In this document: positions 1 through 8,696 of the stretch, one piece after another
How the letters are laid out: every line of letters starts with the position of its first letter
Numbering within the stretch: position 1 is the stretch's first letter
Assembly: GCA_965203175.1 (NCBI GenBank)
Contig: OZ241867.1
Coordinates: forward strand, 3,008,001-3,072,000
Reading direction: 5' to 3'
DNA length: 64,000 nucleotides
Source of the DNA: Candidatus Latescibacterota bacterium
GTDB taxonomy: Bacteria > Latescibacterota > UBA2968 > UBA8231
Position numbers and translations under genes: made by a program
The notes under the pieces: generated by a model
Told to the model about the DNA's origin: nothing
Seen by the model: only the letters and a program-made list of their open reading frames with translations
Databases searched by the model: none

Positions 1-461
1 TCGATGGTGATGGTGGCTCCTGAGATATCGACTGTCTTGCCGCGAAAAACCTCGGTGATCTGCAAGACCTCGGTGCGTTCTTCGACCGAGCAGCCGACCT
101 TGAAGAGAGCCAACTCGCGGGTGATGGCATCGTCGTTCGAGTGGTCTTTGGCGTGGATGACATCGACTAACTTGTTGAGTTGCAAGATGATTTGGTTCAG
201 CTCGGCGGCCGGGCCAATGCTGGTGATGGTCATGCGCGAGCACTGGGGGATATGGGCCGGCGAGACAACTAGGTTCTCGATGTTGTAGGCTCGGCGAGCA
301 AAGCACTGGGCGATTCTCACCAATACGCCGGGACGGTCGTTGACCAATAGGCCGATGGTAGTCTTCTGTTGGGGTTCGGTCGGCCTGAGTTGTGGTGCGT
401 CCACCGCCTCTTGGCGGGCATTGAGGTCTGCGGCGGCAAAGTCGATGGCAGTCGTAGACAT
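1..461 (-). CDS. ilvN: Acetolactate synthase small (regulatory) subunit, truncated by the window edge
   Basis: Manual translation from ATG at 461 (overlaps the ilvB stop, TAATG): MSTTAIDF...TIGLLVNDRPGVLVRIAQCFARRAYNIENLVVSP...QLNKLVDVI...RELALFKV, an ACT-domain IlvN/IlvH signature; absent from the ORF track because it runs off the window. Confidence 0.93.
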   Translation of the reverse strand, partial: MSTTAIDFAAADLNARQEAVDAPQLRPTEPQQKTTIGLLVNDRPGVLVRIAQCFARRAYNIENLVVSPAHIPQCSRMTITSIGPAAELNQIILQLNKLVDVIHAKDHSNDDAITRELALFKVGCSVEERTEVLQITEVFRGKTVDISGATITI

Positions 462-2179
462 TAGGTGCTTCCTTTGGGTTGGGCCAGTTTCTGCTTGGGA
501 GCCTCGATCAGCATATCGGTGAGCGCGGCCCCGGCGGGGATCATGGGGAAGACATTGTCTTCCTTTTCGCACTCGGCGTGGATGACGCAGGGGCCTTCGT
601 CGTGGTCGAGGGCCTGCTTGAGGACTTTGTCAATGTCGGCGGTGCGCCGGATGCGAAAGCCCTTAGCGCCGTAGGCTTCGGCCAGCTTGACGAAGTCAGG
701 ATTGCCCTCTAGGTCAACCCCGGAGAGGCGATTGTCGAAGAAGAGATTTTGCCACTGGCGAACCATACCTAGGTACTTGTTGTCGAGGACTAGGATCTTA
801 ATCGGCAGCCGATGGACGACGGCGGTGGCTAGTTCGCACAGGGTCATCTGGAAGCCGCCGTCGCCGCAGATGGCGACTACGGTCTCTTCGGGGCGGCCAA
901 ACTGAGCACCGACGGCTGCGGGAAAGCCAAAGCCCATGGTACCAGCGCCGCCGGAGGAAAGCCATTGGCGGTGGTGGGCTGTCTTGTAGAACTGAGCGGC
1001 CCACATCTGATGCTGGCCGACGTCGGTAGTCACCACGGCGCGGCCAGCGGTCAGCTCGTACAGGCGGTCGATGATAGTCTGCATCTTGAGGCCACCGCGT
1101 TTGCCGTATTTGAGCGGGTACTTCGTCTTCCATTCGTCGATTTGGGCCAGCCAAGCGGCCGTGTCTATCGGCTCGACGTAGTTGATTAGTTCTTCGAGCA
1201 CTTGGCGCGCATCGCCTTCGATAAAAACGTCGGGCATGACCACTTTGCCGTATTCGGCCGGGTCGATGTCGATGTGGATCTTTTTCGCGTCCGGGCAGAA
1301 TTCCGAGAGCTTGCCGGTGATGCGGTCGTCCCAGCGTCCGCCGACCGACATAATCAGGTCGCAGCCGACGACGGCTTTGTTGGCATAGGCCGTGCCGTGC
1401 ATGCCGAGCATACCCACTGAGAGCGCGTGCTGCTCGGGGAACGCCCCCTTGCCGAGCAGGGTGTTGGTCACTGGCATCCGCGTCTTTTCGGCAAAGGCCT
1501 TGGCCACCTCGTGCGCGCCCGAGGCGATGCAGCCGCCGCCCAAGTAGAGCAGGGGGCGCTTGCTGCGGCGCAGAAGAGTGGCGGCGGCTGCGAGCAGTTC
1601 GGGCGCGGGCTTGGTCTGCCAAGTGTAACCAGGCAGGTACACTTTCTCGGGAAAGTCAGTGGTGCATTCGGGGAAGGGGTCGCCTTGGGTGACGTCCTTG
1701 GGCAGATCGACGAGCACTGGCCCCTGGCGGCCGGTGGTGGCGATGTGGAATGCCTCGGTCATCACGCGGGGGATGTCGTTGGGGTCCCTGACCAGATAGG
1801 AATGCTTGACGACGGGCATGGAGATGCCGAAGACATCGGCCTCCTGAAAGGCGTCTTTGCCGAGCATGGGAGTGACGGTTTGGCCGGTGAGGGCGATGAC
1901 GGGCGCAGAATCCATCAGCGCGGTTAGCAGGCCGGTGATGGTGTTGGTTGCGCCCGGGCCGGAGGTTACGAGGACGACGCCGGGCTTGCCGGTGGCGCGG
2001 GCGTAGCCGTCGGCCATGTGGGTCGCGCCTTGCTCGTGCCGGGTGAGGACGAAGCGGATCTGCTCGGAGTTGAGCAGTGCGTCGAAGATGGGCATGGCCG
2101 CGCCGCCCGGATGGCCAAAGACGTACTCGACGCCGAAGCGATCGAGCGCTTCGATGACTTTGTCGGCTCCTCTCGCCAT
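461..2179 (-). CDS. ilvB: Acetolactate synthase large subunit, biosynthetic type
   Basis: VFGHPGGA, RHEQGATHMADGYARATGK, TSGPGATN, TTDVGQHQMW, ThDP motif GDGGFQM...N; adjacent to ilvN. Confidence 0.97.
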   Translation of the reverse strand: MARGADKVIEALDRFGVEYVFGHPGGAAMPIFDALLNSEQIRFVLTRHEQGATHMADGYARATGKPGVVLVTSGPGATNTITGLLTALMDSAPVIALTGQTVTPMLGKDAFQEADVFGISMPVVKHSYLVRDPNDIPRVMTEAFHIATTGRQGPVLVDLPKDVTQGDPFPECTTDFPEKVYLPGYTWQTKPAPELLAAAATLLRRSKRPLLYLGGGCIASGAHEVAKAFAEKTRMPVTNTLLGKGAFPEQHALSVGMLGMHGTAYANKAVVGCDLIMSVGGRWDDRITGKLSEFCPDAKKIHIDIDPAEYGKVVMPDVFIEGDARQVLEELINYVEPIDTAAWLAQIDEWKTKYPLKYGKRGGLKMQTIIDRLYELTAGRAVVTTDVGQHQMWAAQFYKTAHHRQWLSSGGAGTMGFGFPAAVGAQFGRPEETVVAICGDGGFQMTLCELATAVVHRLPIKILVLDNKYLGMVRQWQNLFFDNRLSGVDLEGNPDFVKLAEAYGAKGFRIRRTADIDKVLKQALDHDEGPCVIHAECEKEDNVFPMIPAGAALTDMLIEAPKQKLAQPKGST

Positions 2180-2341
2180 GTCAATTTCTCCCTAAAAATG
2201 GATGATTTGAAGATTATTATGTAACTAACTTGAGCAAAGTATAGGAAAAAATAGCAATAATGACAAGAAGGAGAAAAATTTTTGAACGATTTGTAACGAA
2301 AAAGAAGAGTATGTAGAGATAGGCTTAGATGTTGTTGCGCA

Positions 2342-3430
2342 TCAAGAGCGGCTCCACACGTCCTTGAAGAACCGGATCCAGTTGTCGGAGAAGATGCCTG
2401 CGATGTCTGCTGGCGAGTAGCCACGGCGCGCGAGGATGGGCTGGAGTTTTTGCAGATCGGCGATGGTGTTGAGATCGCGCGGGGCTTGCTCGGTGCCGAA
2501 GCCGCCGTCGAGATCGGTGCCAATGCCGCAGTGGCGCGAGGTGCCCAAAAGCTGACAGATGTGGTCGATATGGTCGGCGACGGTTTCCAATGTGGCGCTG
2601 GTCAGTTGTTCAAAGGCGGGGACTTTGCGCTGCCAGCCTGGGTCGAGCATCCAGGCGTCGAAGGCCGCGCCGATGACTCCGTCGCGCTCGGCGATGGAGT
2701 GGATCATTTCGTCGGTAAGCTGGCGCTGGCCGGGAACCAAGGTGCGACAATTGTGGTGGGAAGCGCAGACCGGGCCGTCGTACAATTCCAAAAGTTCCCA
2801 GTGGGCTTGGTCGGTCAAGTGGGTCAAGTCGACGATGATGCCGGCCGCTTTGAGCGCGTCGAGCAGGGGTTTGGCCGGCGGCAGCAGTCCGCCTTCGGTG
2901 CCGGTGCCGTGTGAATAGGTGCTGGTGCCGTAATGCGAGATCGACACTAGGCGCAAGCCGAGTTCGCGCCATTCGGGCACTTGGTCCGGGCCTAAAATGG
3001 GATCGGCGCTTTCCATGGCGAGGATTAAGCCGAAGGGAGTGGTTGGGTCGGGGTTTTGCCAAGCGGCGATGGTTTCGTCTAAATCCGCGATGCTTTTGAC
3101 GAAGCGAAGCAAACCCTCGCGTTCGAGTGCTTGATAGTAGGCCAAATGTCCGCGGCCGACGCCGTGGCATTGGGCTTGGCAGTACATGCCGGTGCGAGTC
3201 CAGCGGTCGTTTGGGTCCAAGCGCGACATCACTGTACCGCAGACGAGGCCGACCTTGCCACGGCGCAGCTCGGGGAAGGTCACCGTGCAGGAGCCGAAGC
3301 CCTCCATAGTCTGCACGGAGTCGTGGACGCGCACGGTGGTCGCCTTTTGCGTTAGGTCGCGGTTGATTTGCAGGGCGGAGAAGGCTAGATCGAGGTGGCT
3401 ATCGAGGATTAGCGGGCGCGCGTCGGTCAT
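2342..3430 (-). CDS. Membrane dipeptidase family (peptidase M19) protein
   Basis: DSHLD, MESAD, VDLTH, ASHHNCR, GIGTDLDGG metal-binding motifs. Confidence 0.9.
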   Translation of the reverse strand: MTDARPLILDSHLDLAFSALQINRDLTQKATTVRVHDSVQTMEGFGSCTVTFPELRRGKVGLVCGTVMSRLDPNDRWTRTGMYCQAQCHGVGRGHLAYYQALEREGLLRFVKSIADLDETIAAWQNPDPTTPFGLILAMESADPILGPDQVPEWRELGLRLVSISHYGTSTYSHGTGTEGGLLPPAKPLLDALKAAGIIVDLTHLTDQAHWELLELYDGPVCASHHNCRTLVPGQRQLTDEMIHSIAERDGVIGAAFDAWMLDPGWQRKVPAFEQLTSATLETVADHIDHICQLLGTSRHCGIGTDLDGGFGTEQAPRDLNTIADLQKLQPILARRGYSPADIAGIFSDNWIRFFKDVWSRS

Positions 3431-3434
3431 TGTA

Positions 3435-4568
3435 TTAGCTCCAGGCTTGGCGGAAGAAGCGCGAGAGGTTGCCGTGGGCTATGGCCGCAATGTCGTCGGT
3501 CGAGTAGCCCCGCCGGTCGAGGATGTCGAGGAAGCGCTGTAGGTCGGCGATGGTGTCGTAGTCGATGGGTGCCATTTCGCGGCCGAAGCCGCCGTCTAGA
3601 TCGGAGCCGATGGCGACGTGGTCGCAGTTGCCGACGAGCTGGCAGATGTGGTCGATGTGATCGACGACAGCCGACATGGAGCGCCGAGCGGTTTGCGGAT
3701 AGGTCGCCGGATCGTCGAAGTCGATCTCGGGATTGAGCATGAACTCGGCGAAGACCGCGCCGATGACACCGCCGCGCTCGGCGATGGCTTGGATCATCTC
3801 GTCGCTGAGGTGGCGCTGGCCGGGGACCAAGGCGCGGCAGTTGCAGTGGCTGGCGTGGACCGGCCCTGACCAGTGGTCCAAAAGCTGCCAGAAGACCAAG
3901 TCCGAGGCGTGGGTCAGGTCGAGGGCGATGTTCGTTGCGGCGAGCGCGTCGAGCAGGGGATAGGCATCGGCGTACAGCCCGCCGCGAGTGCCGGTGCCAT
4001 GACCCCAAGTATTGGCACCAAAATGCGTCAGCCCCACCGAGCGCAGGCCCTGTTCCCACCACCAGCTTACTTGCTCGGGATCTAAGATGGGGTCGGCGCT
4101 TTCCATACTCAGTATCAGGCCAATCGGGGTCGTTGGGTCGGGGTTTTGCCAAGCGGCAATGGCCGCGTCGAGGTCGTTTGTGTCGCGGATGAAGCGCAGT
4201 TGGCCCTCGCGCTCTAGTGCTTTGTAATAGTAAAGATGCGATTGGCCGACGGAGTGAGCCGCTTCTTGGGTCCTCATGCCGTCGTCGAGGAGGCCGGTGG
4301 GCATTTGCACTCGGCACATGACGGTCGAGAGCGCGATGCCGACGCAGCCTTGGCGCATCTGCGGTAGGGATACGGTGGCCGTGCCGCGCGAGGTGCTTTC
4401 GGGGCGCTTTCTGTCGCGCAGCGAGTCGGGGTGGGAAGGGCCTGGAGGTTTGGGGTCTTCGCGCTCGCGCAGGACGTGGATGTCTTGGGTGAGGTCGCGA
4501 CGGTGGTACAAGGCGTTGAAGGCCAAGTCGAGGTGGCCGTCTATAATGAGCATGGGTTGATCGGGCAT
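3435..4568 (-). CDS. Membrane dipeptidase family (peptidase M19) protein, tandem paralogue
   Basis: DGHLD, MESAD, LDLTH, ASHCNCR, AIGSDLDGG; collinear with 2342..3430. Confidence 0.9.
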   Translation of the reverse strand: MPDQPMLIIDGHLDLAFNALYHRRDLTQDIHVLREREDPKPPGPSHPDSLRDRKRPESTSRGTATVSLPQMRQGCVGIALSTVMCRVQMPTGLLDDGMRTQEAAHSVGQSHLYYYKALEREGQLRFIRDTNDLDAAIAAWQNPDPTTPIGLILSMESADPILDPEQVSWWWEQGLRSVGLTHFGANTWGHGTGTRGGLYADAYPLLDALAATNIALDLTHASDLVFWQLLDHWSGPVHASHCNCRALVPGQRHLSDEMIQAIAERGGVIGAVFAEFMLNPEIDFDDPATYPQTARRSMSAVVDHIDHICQLVGNCDHVAIGSDLDGGFGREMAPIDYDTIADLQRFLDILDRRGYSTDDIAAIAHGNLSRFFRQAWS

Positions 4569-4617
4569 GATGGGAAACCCCTTGGGTTAATTCGCTAGGT
4601 ATTTTTCTACTATCTCT

Positions 4618-5841
4618 TCATTGATCGTCGCGCTTAGCTACTAAGTCCTGGGTCAGGCGCTGAGCTAAGGAACCTTCTTGGGCCAACGCATAGACCATTA
4701 CATTGATGGCGAGCATCAGCTCGGCTTCATCACTAGCCCACTGCGAAGATTCCAAGGGATTTACAAAGACGAGTCGATCCTTTATAAAATGTCCTTTTAG
4801 GCCCTTAGTAATGTAACATGCTATAGATGGGTCTGGATGAGGTTCCAAGAAGTACGATTGGAAACCAATAGTAAAAAAAGCGTTGTAAATGGGATGGTCC
4901 TCTAGCAGTGCCTCCGACCAGAAGTCTTTCCTTTCTACCAAGCCTCCGTTCACCAATACTTGGGAAAGATGTTTTTCCACATCACCAATGCCTCCCATAA
5001 TGAATCCCCCCTGAATTAGGTACTGGAACTGGTTGGCTTCTTCAATCTCATTCAGGTGTAAGCTGCGGTATATGGAACCAATGAGCAGGGGAAATTTAAA
5101 TATGCGATCGTCATCAAACGAGATCGGGCCGAAGGCTTCTGCCCGCAAATTAGTGTATTTATTGATCCCATCGGCCAACGCATCAATACGCCTACTTAGA
5201 GCTATCCCTCGCATATCCAGCGCTTTTCTCGGCACCACAAGGGGCAACTTGATAAATCCCTTAAGTGATTTCGGATCGTCGGGGTCTTGGATGACGACGG
5301 CCTGATGCTGCCCAGTGTCTAGACTGTTTACGTCTAGCATCTCCAAGGCGAGATCAATTTTGTTTTCGGATTGGCGGGTGATTCCTATTGCGCGTTCCCC
5401 GAAGAGGTGATCGGCTCCTAGTTGCCGCTCGGCATCTAGCGGACGCGGTGTACTGCTGTGGGGTAGGCTGACAAGAGACAGGGCACCCGGTATAGAGCCC
5501 TGCTTCATGGGAGCTTCTGTAGTGACGTTTGTAGTCAGATGGACGGGATCTGTGCGGATCGGCGTGGGTTGTCTCTTGCGGACCATCGGCTGTTGCTTAG
5601 GCTGTGAAATTTTACGCACAGACAACGGCTTAGTTGGGCGCGGCTGACGCTTGATGTACTTGACGGTCGGCGGATGAGGCGCACTCGGCACAACGCGCCC
5701 AAACGGATCAATAAGCGCTAGTGCCGCAAGCAAGACCGCTGACAAAGCCACACTGTACCACAAACTCCGACGCTGGGGACGCAACAAAGCATCGAGGTCG
5801 AAGGAGGTCGAAAATGATGCAAACCGACGGGAGGCTTTCAT
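4618..5841 (-). CDS. Membrane-anchored protein with Pro/Lys-rich linker and C-terminal DUF4159-like domain
   Basis: One N-terminal TM, then PPTVKYIKRQPRPTKP linker; paralogous to 52267..53643 (EMLDVNSLDTGQHQAVVIQDPDD vs ELLNVGDLDIGRYQAILIQDPDN; INVMVYALAQEG vs VNLIVYALTQPG); ATG at 5841 is preceded by GAGGAG. Confidence 0.7.
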   Translation of the reverse strand: MKASRRFASFSTSFDLDALLRPQRRSLWYSVALSAVLLAALALIDPFGRVVPSAPHPPTVKYIKRQPRPTKPLSVRKISQPKQQPMVRKRQPTPIRTDPVHLTTNVTTEAPMKQGSIPGALSLVSLPHSSTPRPLDAERQLGADHLFGERAIGITRQSENKIDLALEMLDVNSLDTGQHQAVVIQDPDDPKSLKGFIKLPLVVPRKALDMRGIALSRRIDALADGINKYTNLRAEAFGPISFDDDRIFKFPLLIGSIYRSLHLNEIEEANQFQYLIQGGFIMGGIGDVEKHLSQVLVNGGLVERKDFWSEALLEDHPIYNAFFTIGFQSYFLEPHPDPSIACYITKGLKGHFIKDRLVFVNPLESSQWASDEAELMLAINVMVYALAQEGSLAQRLTQDLVAKRDDQ

Positions 5842-5852
5842 GGAGTGGCTCC

Positions 5853-6965
5853 TCACGGAACTAGGTATCGTTCTACTATCTCTTCGTTGATGGTCACGCC
5901 CAACCCCGGTCCCTCCGGCACGTGAACGTAGCCATCGACGACCGCGAATTTTTCGTGCGTCAGGTCGTGGCGCAAAGGCGATTCGGCCATGCAGTATTCG
6001 AAGACCTCGCCGTGGGGAACTGCCGCAAGTCCGTGCAGGGAGGCGGCGATGGTGATGCCGCTTTTGAACGAGTGGTTGACGACCTTGCGGTGCAGGCGGT
6101 GGGCGAGGCGGCCGACCTCGACCATGGTCGAAAGCCCGCAGCGGCCCGGGTCCGGCTGAACCCAGTCGATGCGGCCATTGACGAGCAGCCGCTCAAAGTC
6201 CTGATAGCGCGACTCGGCCTCGCCCGTGGCGATCGGCACCGGGCTGCGCTCGCAGAGGTGTGCATAGCCTGCGACATCCTCGGGGTGCAAAGGTTCTTCG
6301 AGCCAGAATATGCCGTATTCGGCAAACTGCTCGGCGCGCTTGAGGCCGGTCTTCCAGTCCCACACTTGCCCAGCATCTACCAAAATGTCCACATCCGGCC
6401 CGGCCCCCTTCCGCGCTTCGCGCACCAAGGCGATGTCGTTTGCCTCGCTCTGTCCCATCGGTCCCCAGCCGAACTTGATGGCTGTGAACCCTTCACCAGC
6501 AAAGCGGCGGGCCAGTTCGCCGGTCTCTTGTGGTGTGTCGCCGAAGAGGATGGAGCAATACGCGCGGAATTTGGTTTGATGGGGACCGCCGAGCAGTTCG
6601 TAGGCCGGGCAGTTGCGCACTTTGCCGGCAATGTCCCACAACGCGAGGTTGACGCCGGCCATGGCGTGCGTGCCCACGCCGACGCGACCGTAGTAGTTGG
6701 CTGCTTCGAGCATGCGCGCACCGCATACGTCGATGGCTAGCGGGTCCAGGCCCTCTAGTGCATTGGCGAGGCCGTTGCTAATCTGGTGGGAGAGCGGGGC
6801 CTCGACGACGGCCTTGACCACGGTGGGAGCCGAATCAACTTCGCCCCAGCCGGTGATGCCGGCGTCGGTTTCTATTTGGATTAGACAGGTGTCCTGCGTG
6901 CCGTCGCAGCGAGTGGTGACATCGGGCAGGCGCAGATAATGGGCTGATACGCGAGTGATTTTCAT
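5853..6965 (-). CDS. Mandelate racemase/muconate lactonizing enzyme family (enolase superfamily; probable sugar-acid dehydratase)
   Basis: ETDAGITGWGE, ALWDIAGK, LVDAG, WLEEP, ATGE, PGLGV. Confidence 0.92.
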   Translation of the reverse strand: MKITRVSAHYLRLPDVTTRCDGTQDTCLIQIETDAGITGWGEVDSAPTVVKAVVEAPLSHQISNGLANALEGLDPLAIDVCGARMLEAANYYGRVGVGTHAMAGVNLALWDIAGKVRNCPAYELLGGPHQTKFRAYCSILFGDTPQETGELARRFAGEGFTAIKFGWGPMGQSEANDIALVREARKGAGPDVDILVDAGQVWDWKTGLKRAEQFAEYGIFWLEEPLHPEDVAGYAHLCERSPVPIATGEAESRYQDFERLLVNGRIDWVQPDPGRCGLSTMVEVGRLAHRLHRKVVNHSFKSGITIAASLHGLAAVPHGEVFEYCMAESPLRHDLTHEKFAVVDGYVHVPEGPGLGVTINEEIVERYLVP

Positions 6966-6967
6966 AA

Positions 6968-8596
6968 TTAAAAGTCGAATACGGTTTCGAGGGTCATGAT
7001 TTTGTGGCGTTGCAGGTGCCGATTGGCGGAGCGTTCGAATACGAAGCGAGTATCCCAGCGCACGGAGGTGCCTTCTTTCATGTTCAGTCCGACGTCAAAG
7101 CCGTAGAAAGTGTCCTCGGTCGGCTCGAAGAAGTCGTCCCGCCCAGTGCCGTCTTCGTTGGGGTTCCGGCCGATGTTGTTCTTGTGGAAATAAGCATATG
7201 CGCGCTTGAGGCGGGGGAAGTATTTGAGCAGTTTGCGCGACAGGGATGCGCTGGCGATGAGCTGCTGTTTTGGGTCGCCAGTGCCCGTCAAATACTGATA
7301 GGAGACCGAGGCGTACGCGTACGAGCCGAGTTCCGTGCCCAAGTGACCGAAGAAGCCGGAGAGATTGTTGCTGTAGCCGAGCCGCGCGTCCTTGGACTGG
7401 GCCTGTCCGGTGGCGAGGTCGAGGTGAGCGCGGTCGAGTTCGTACAGCTCGTCGAAGTAGCGCGAGTCGAAATCGCGGCGGAAGTGGCGGAAGTCCAATT
7501 GGCCGTTGAGCGGGCCTAAAGCCAGCCACAGGCCCGGGGCGGCGATTCCGAATCCGGTCGCTTGGCGGTTGCCGGGGGAGACGCCCTGCTGTTGCGCCTC
7601 GAAGCTGGAGAGGGCGTCGTCGTCGTCGATCAGCATGGCGAATTGGCCGTAGAGCTTGAGCTCTAAGCCTAGATCGCGGATGAGTGGGTAGGCTAGGTCC
7701 ACGCCCAAGATCGAAAAGAAGTCTTGGCCAACGCGGTTTTTGTTGAAGGGCTTGTGGCGGTCCACGTCTTGGTCCACTGGGAAGGCGTTGCCATAATTGG
7801 CGTTGAGTCCCAACAAAGCGGAGGCGATATCGGCGGAGAGGCCGCTGCCGGCGTCGGCGTCGATGATGCCGTCGTTGTCGTCGTCGCTGTCGATGTGGTC
7901 GGGTACGCCATCGGCGTCGTTGTCGAGGGCAAAATCGCCGTCTTCTGGGAAGGCGTCAATGGGGTCGGGCACGCCGTCGGAATCGCTGTCGCGCAGGCCG
8001 CTGTACTGGTCGAGATCGGCGACAAAGGTTACACCCACTTCGAGATCGGCGGCGTAGCCAAAGGTTCGCAGCCCGATGAGGGCACCGCCCTCTTGGAAGT
8101 CTTGGAGGTTGTTGATCACTCCTTCGAGTCCGATATTAGTGCTGGCAAAATTGGCGATGCGGAACTGGAATCCGGTTTTCTTGATGCCGGGATAGTGCAG
8201 GGTGTTGCGGTAGTTGTCCATGATGAGGCCGTACCCCAACGTCACATCGTCGAGTGCGCCAATTTTGACGTACACCGCGTCATTAGGACGCCCATAGCGC
8301 ACGTAGTAGATTTTGCGCAGGATCGAGTCGAAGGTTTGGGTTGACGAGCCAGCCTCCCAGCCGCGTGAACCAAGATCGCCATTGCGCTCGACAAACAGCT
8401 CTAAGTCGAGGCCAATACCCAAGCGGCCCAAGGGAAAGTCGGGCCGGAGGCTGAGGCGATACAACTGCTCTTGATCGACGGTGACGCTACCCATGCTGAG
8501 TGAGTAGCCAAACATGGCCACCGAGGGCTGAGCTGAGGAGGCGACCGGGTAGGACAAGAGCAGTAAGACCAAGACGAGGTTACAGCGAGAATTCAT
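6968..8596 (-). CDS. Putative outer-membrane beta-barrel protein with inserted thrombospondin type-3-like Ca-binding repeats
   Basis: Start reassigned to ATG 8596 (signal peptide MNSRCNLVLVLLLLSYPVASSA); amphipathic strands; DSDSDGVPD/DNDADGVPD/DDDNDGIID motifs; C-terminal aromatic (TLETVFDF). Confidence 0.65.
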   Translation of the reverse strand: MNSRCNLVLVLLLLSYPVASSAQPSVAMFGYSLSMGSVTVDQEQLYRLSLRPDFPLGRLGIGLDLELFVERNGDLGSRGWEAGSSTQTFDSILRKIYYVRYGRPNDAVYVKIGALDDVTLGYGLIMDNYRNTLHYPGIKKTGFQFRIANFASTNIGLEGVINNLQDFQEGGALIGLRTFGYAADLEVGVTFVADLDQYSGLRDSDSDGVPDPIDAFPEDGDFALDNDADGVPDHIDSDDDNDGIIDADAGSGLSADIASALLGLNANYGNAFPVDQDVDRHKPFNKNRVGQDFFSILGVDLAYPLIRDLGLELKLYGQFAMLIDDDDALSSFEAQQQGVSPGNRQATGFGIAAPGLWLALGPLNGQLDFRHFRRDFDSRYFDELYELDRAHLDLATGQAQSKDARLGYSNNLSGFFGHLGTELGSYAYASVSYQYLTGTGDPKQQLIASASLSRKLLKYFPRLKRAYAYFHKNNIGRNPNEDGTGRDDFFEPTEDTFYGFDVGLNMKEGTSVRWDTRFVFERSANRHLQRHKIMTLETVFDF

Positions 8597-8696
8597 ATAG
8601 GGAAGATGCGGTCGCCGGGCCGCGCATGCAATGGCAAGGCGGTCCTTTTGGGCACCGCAAACGACAACGATATAACTCACCAGAAAGAGGTTTGCG

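Noticed and set aside
2180-2341. AT-rich region upstream of ilvB as a leader-peptide attenuator or T-box
   Set aside because: No Ile/Leu/Val-rich leader peptide, T-box motif or terminator hairpin seen; probably a plain promoter region.
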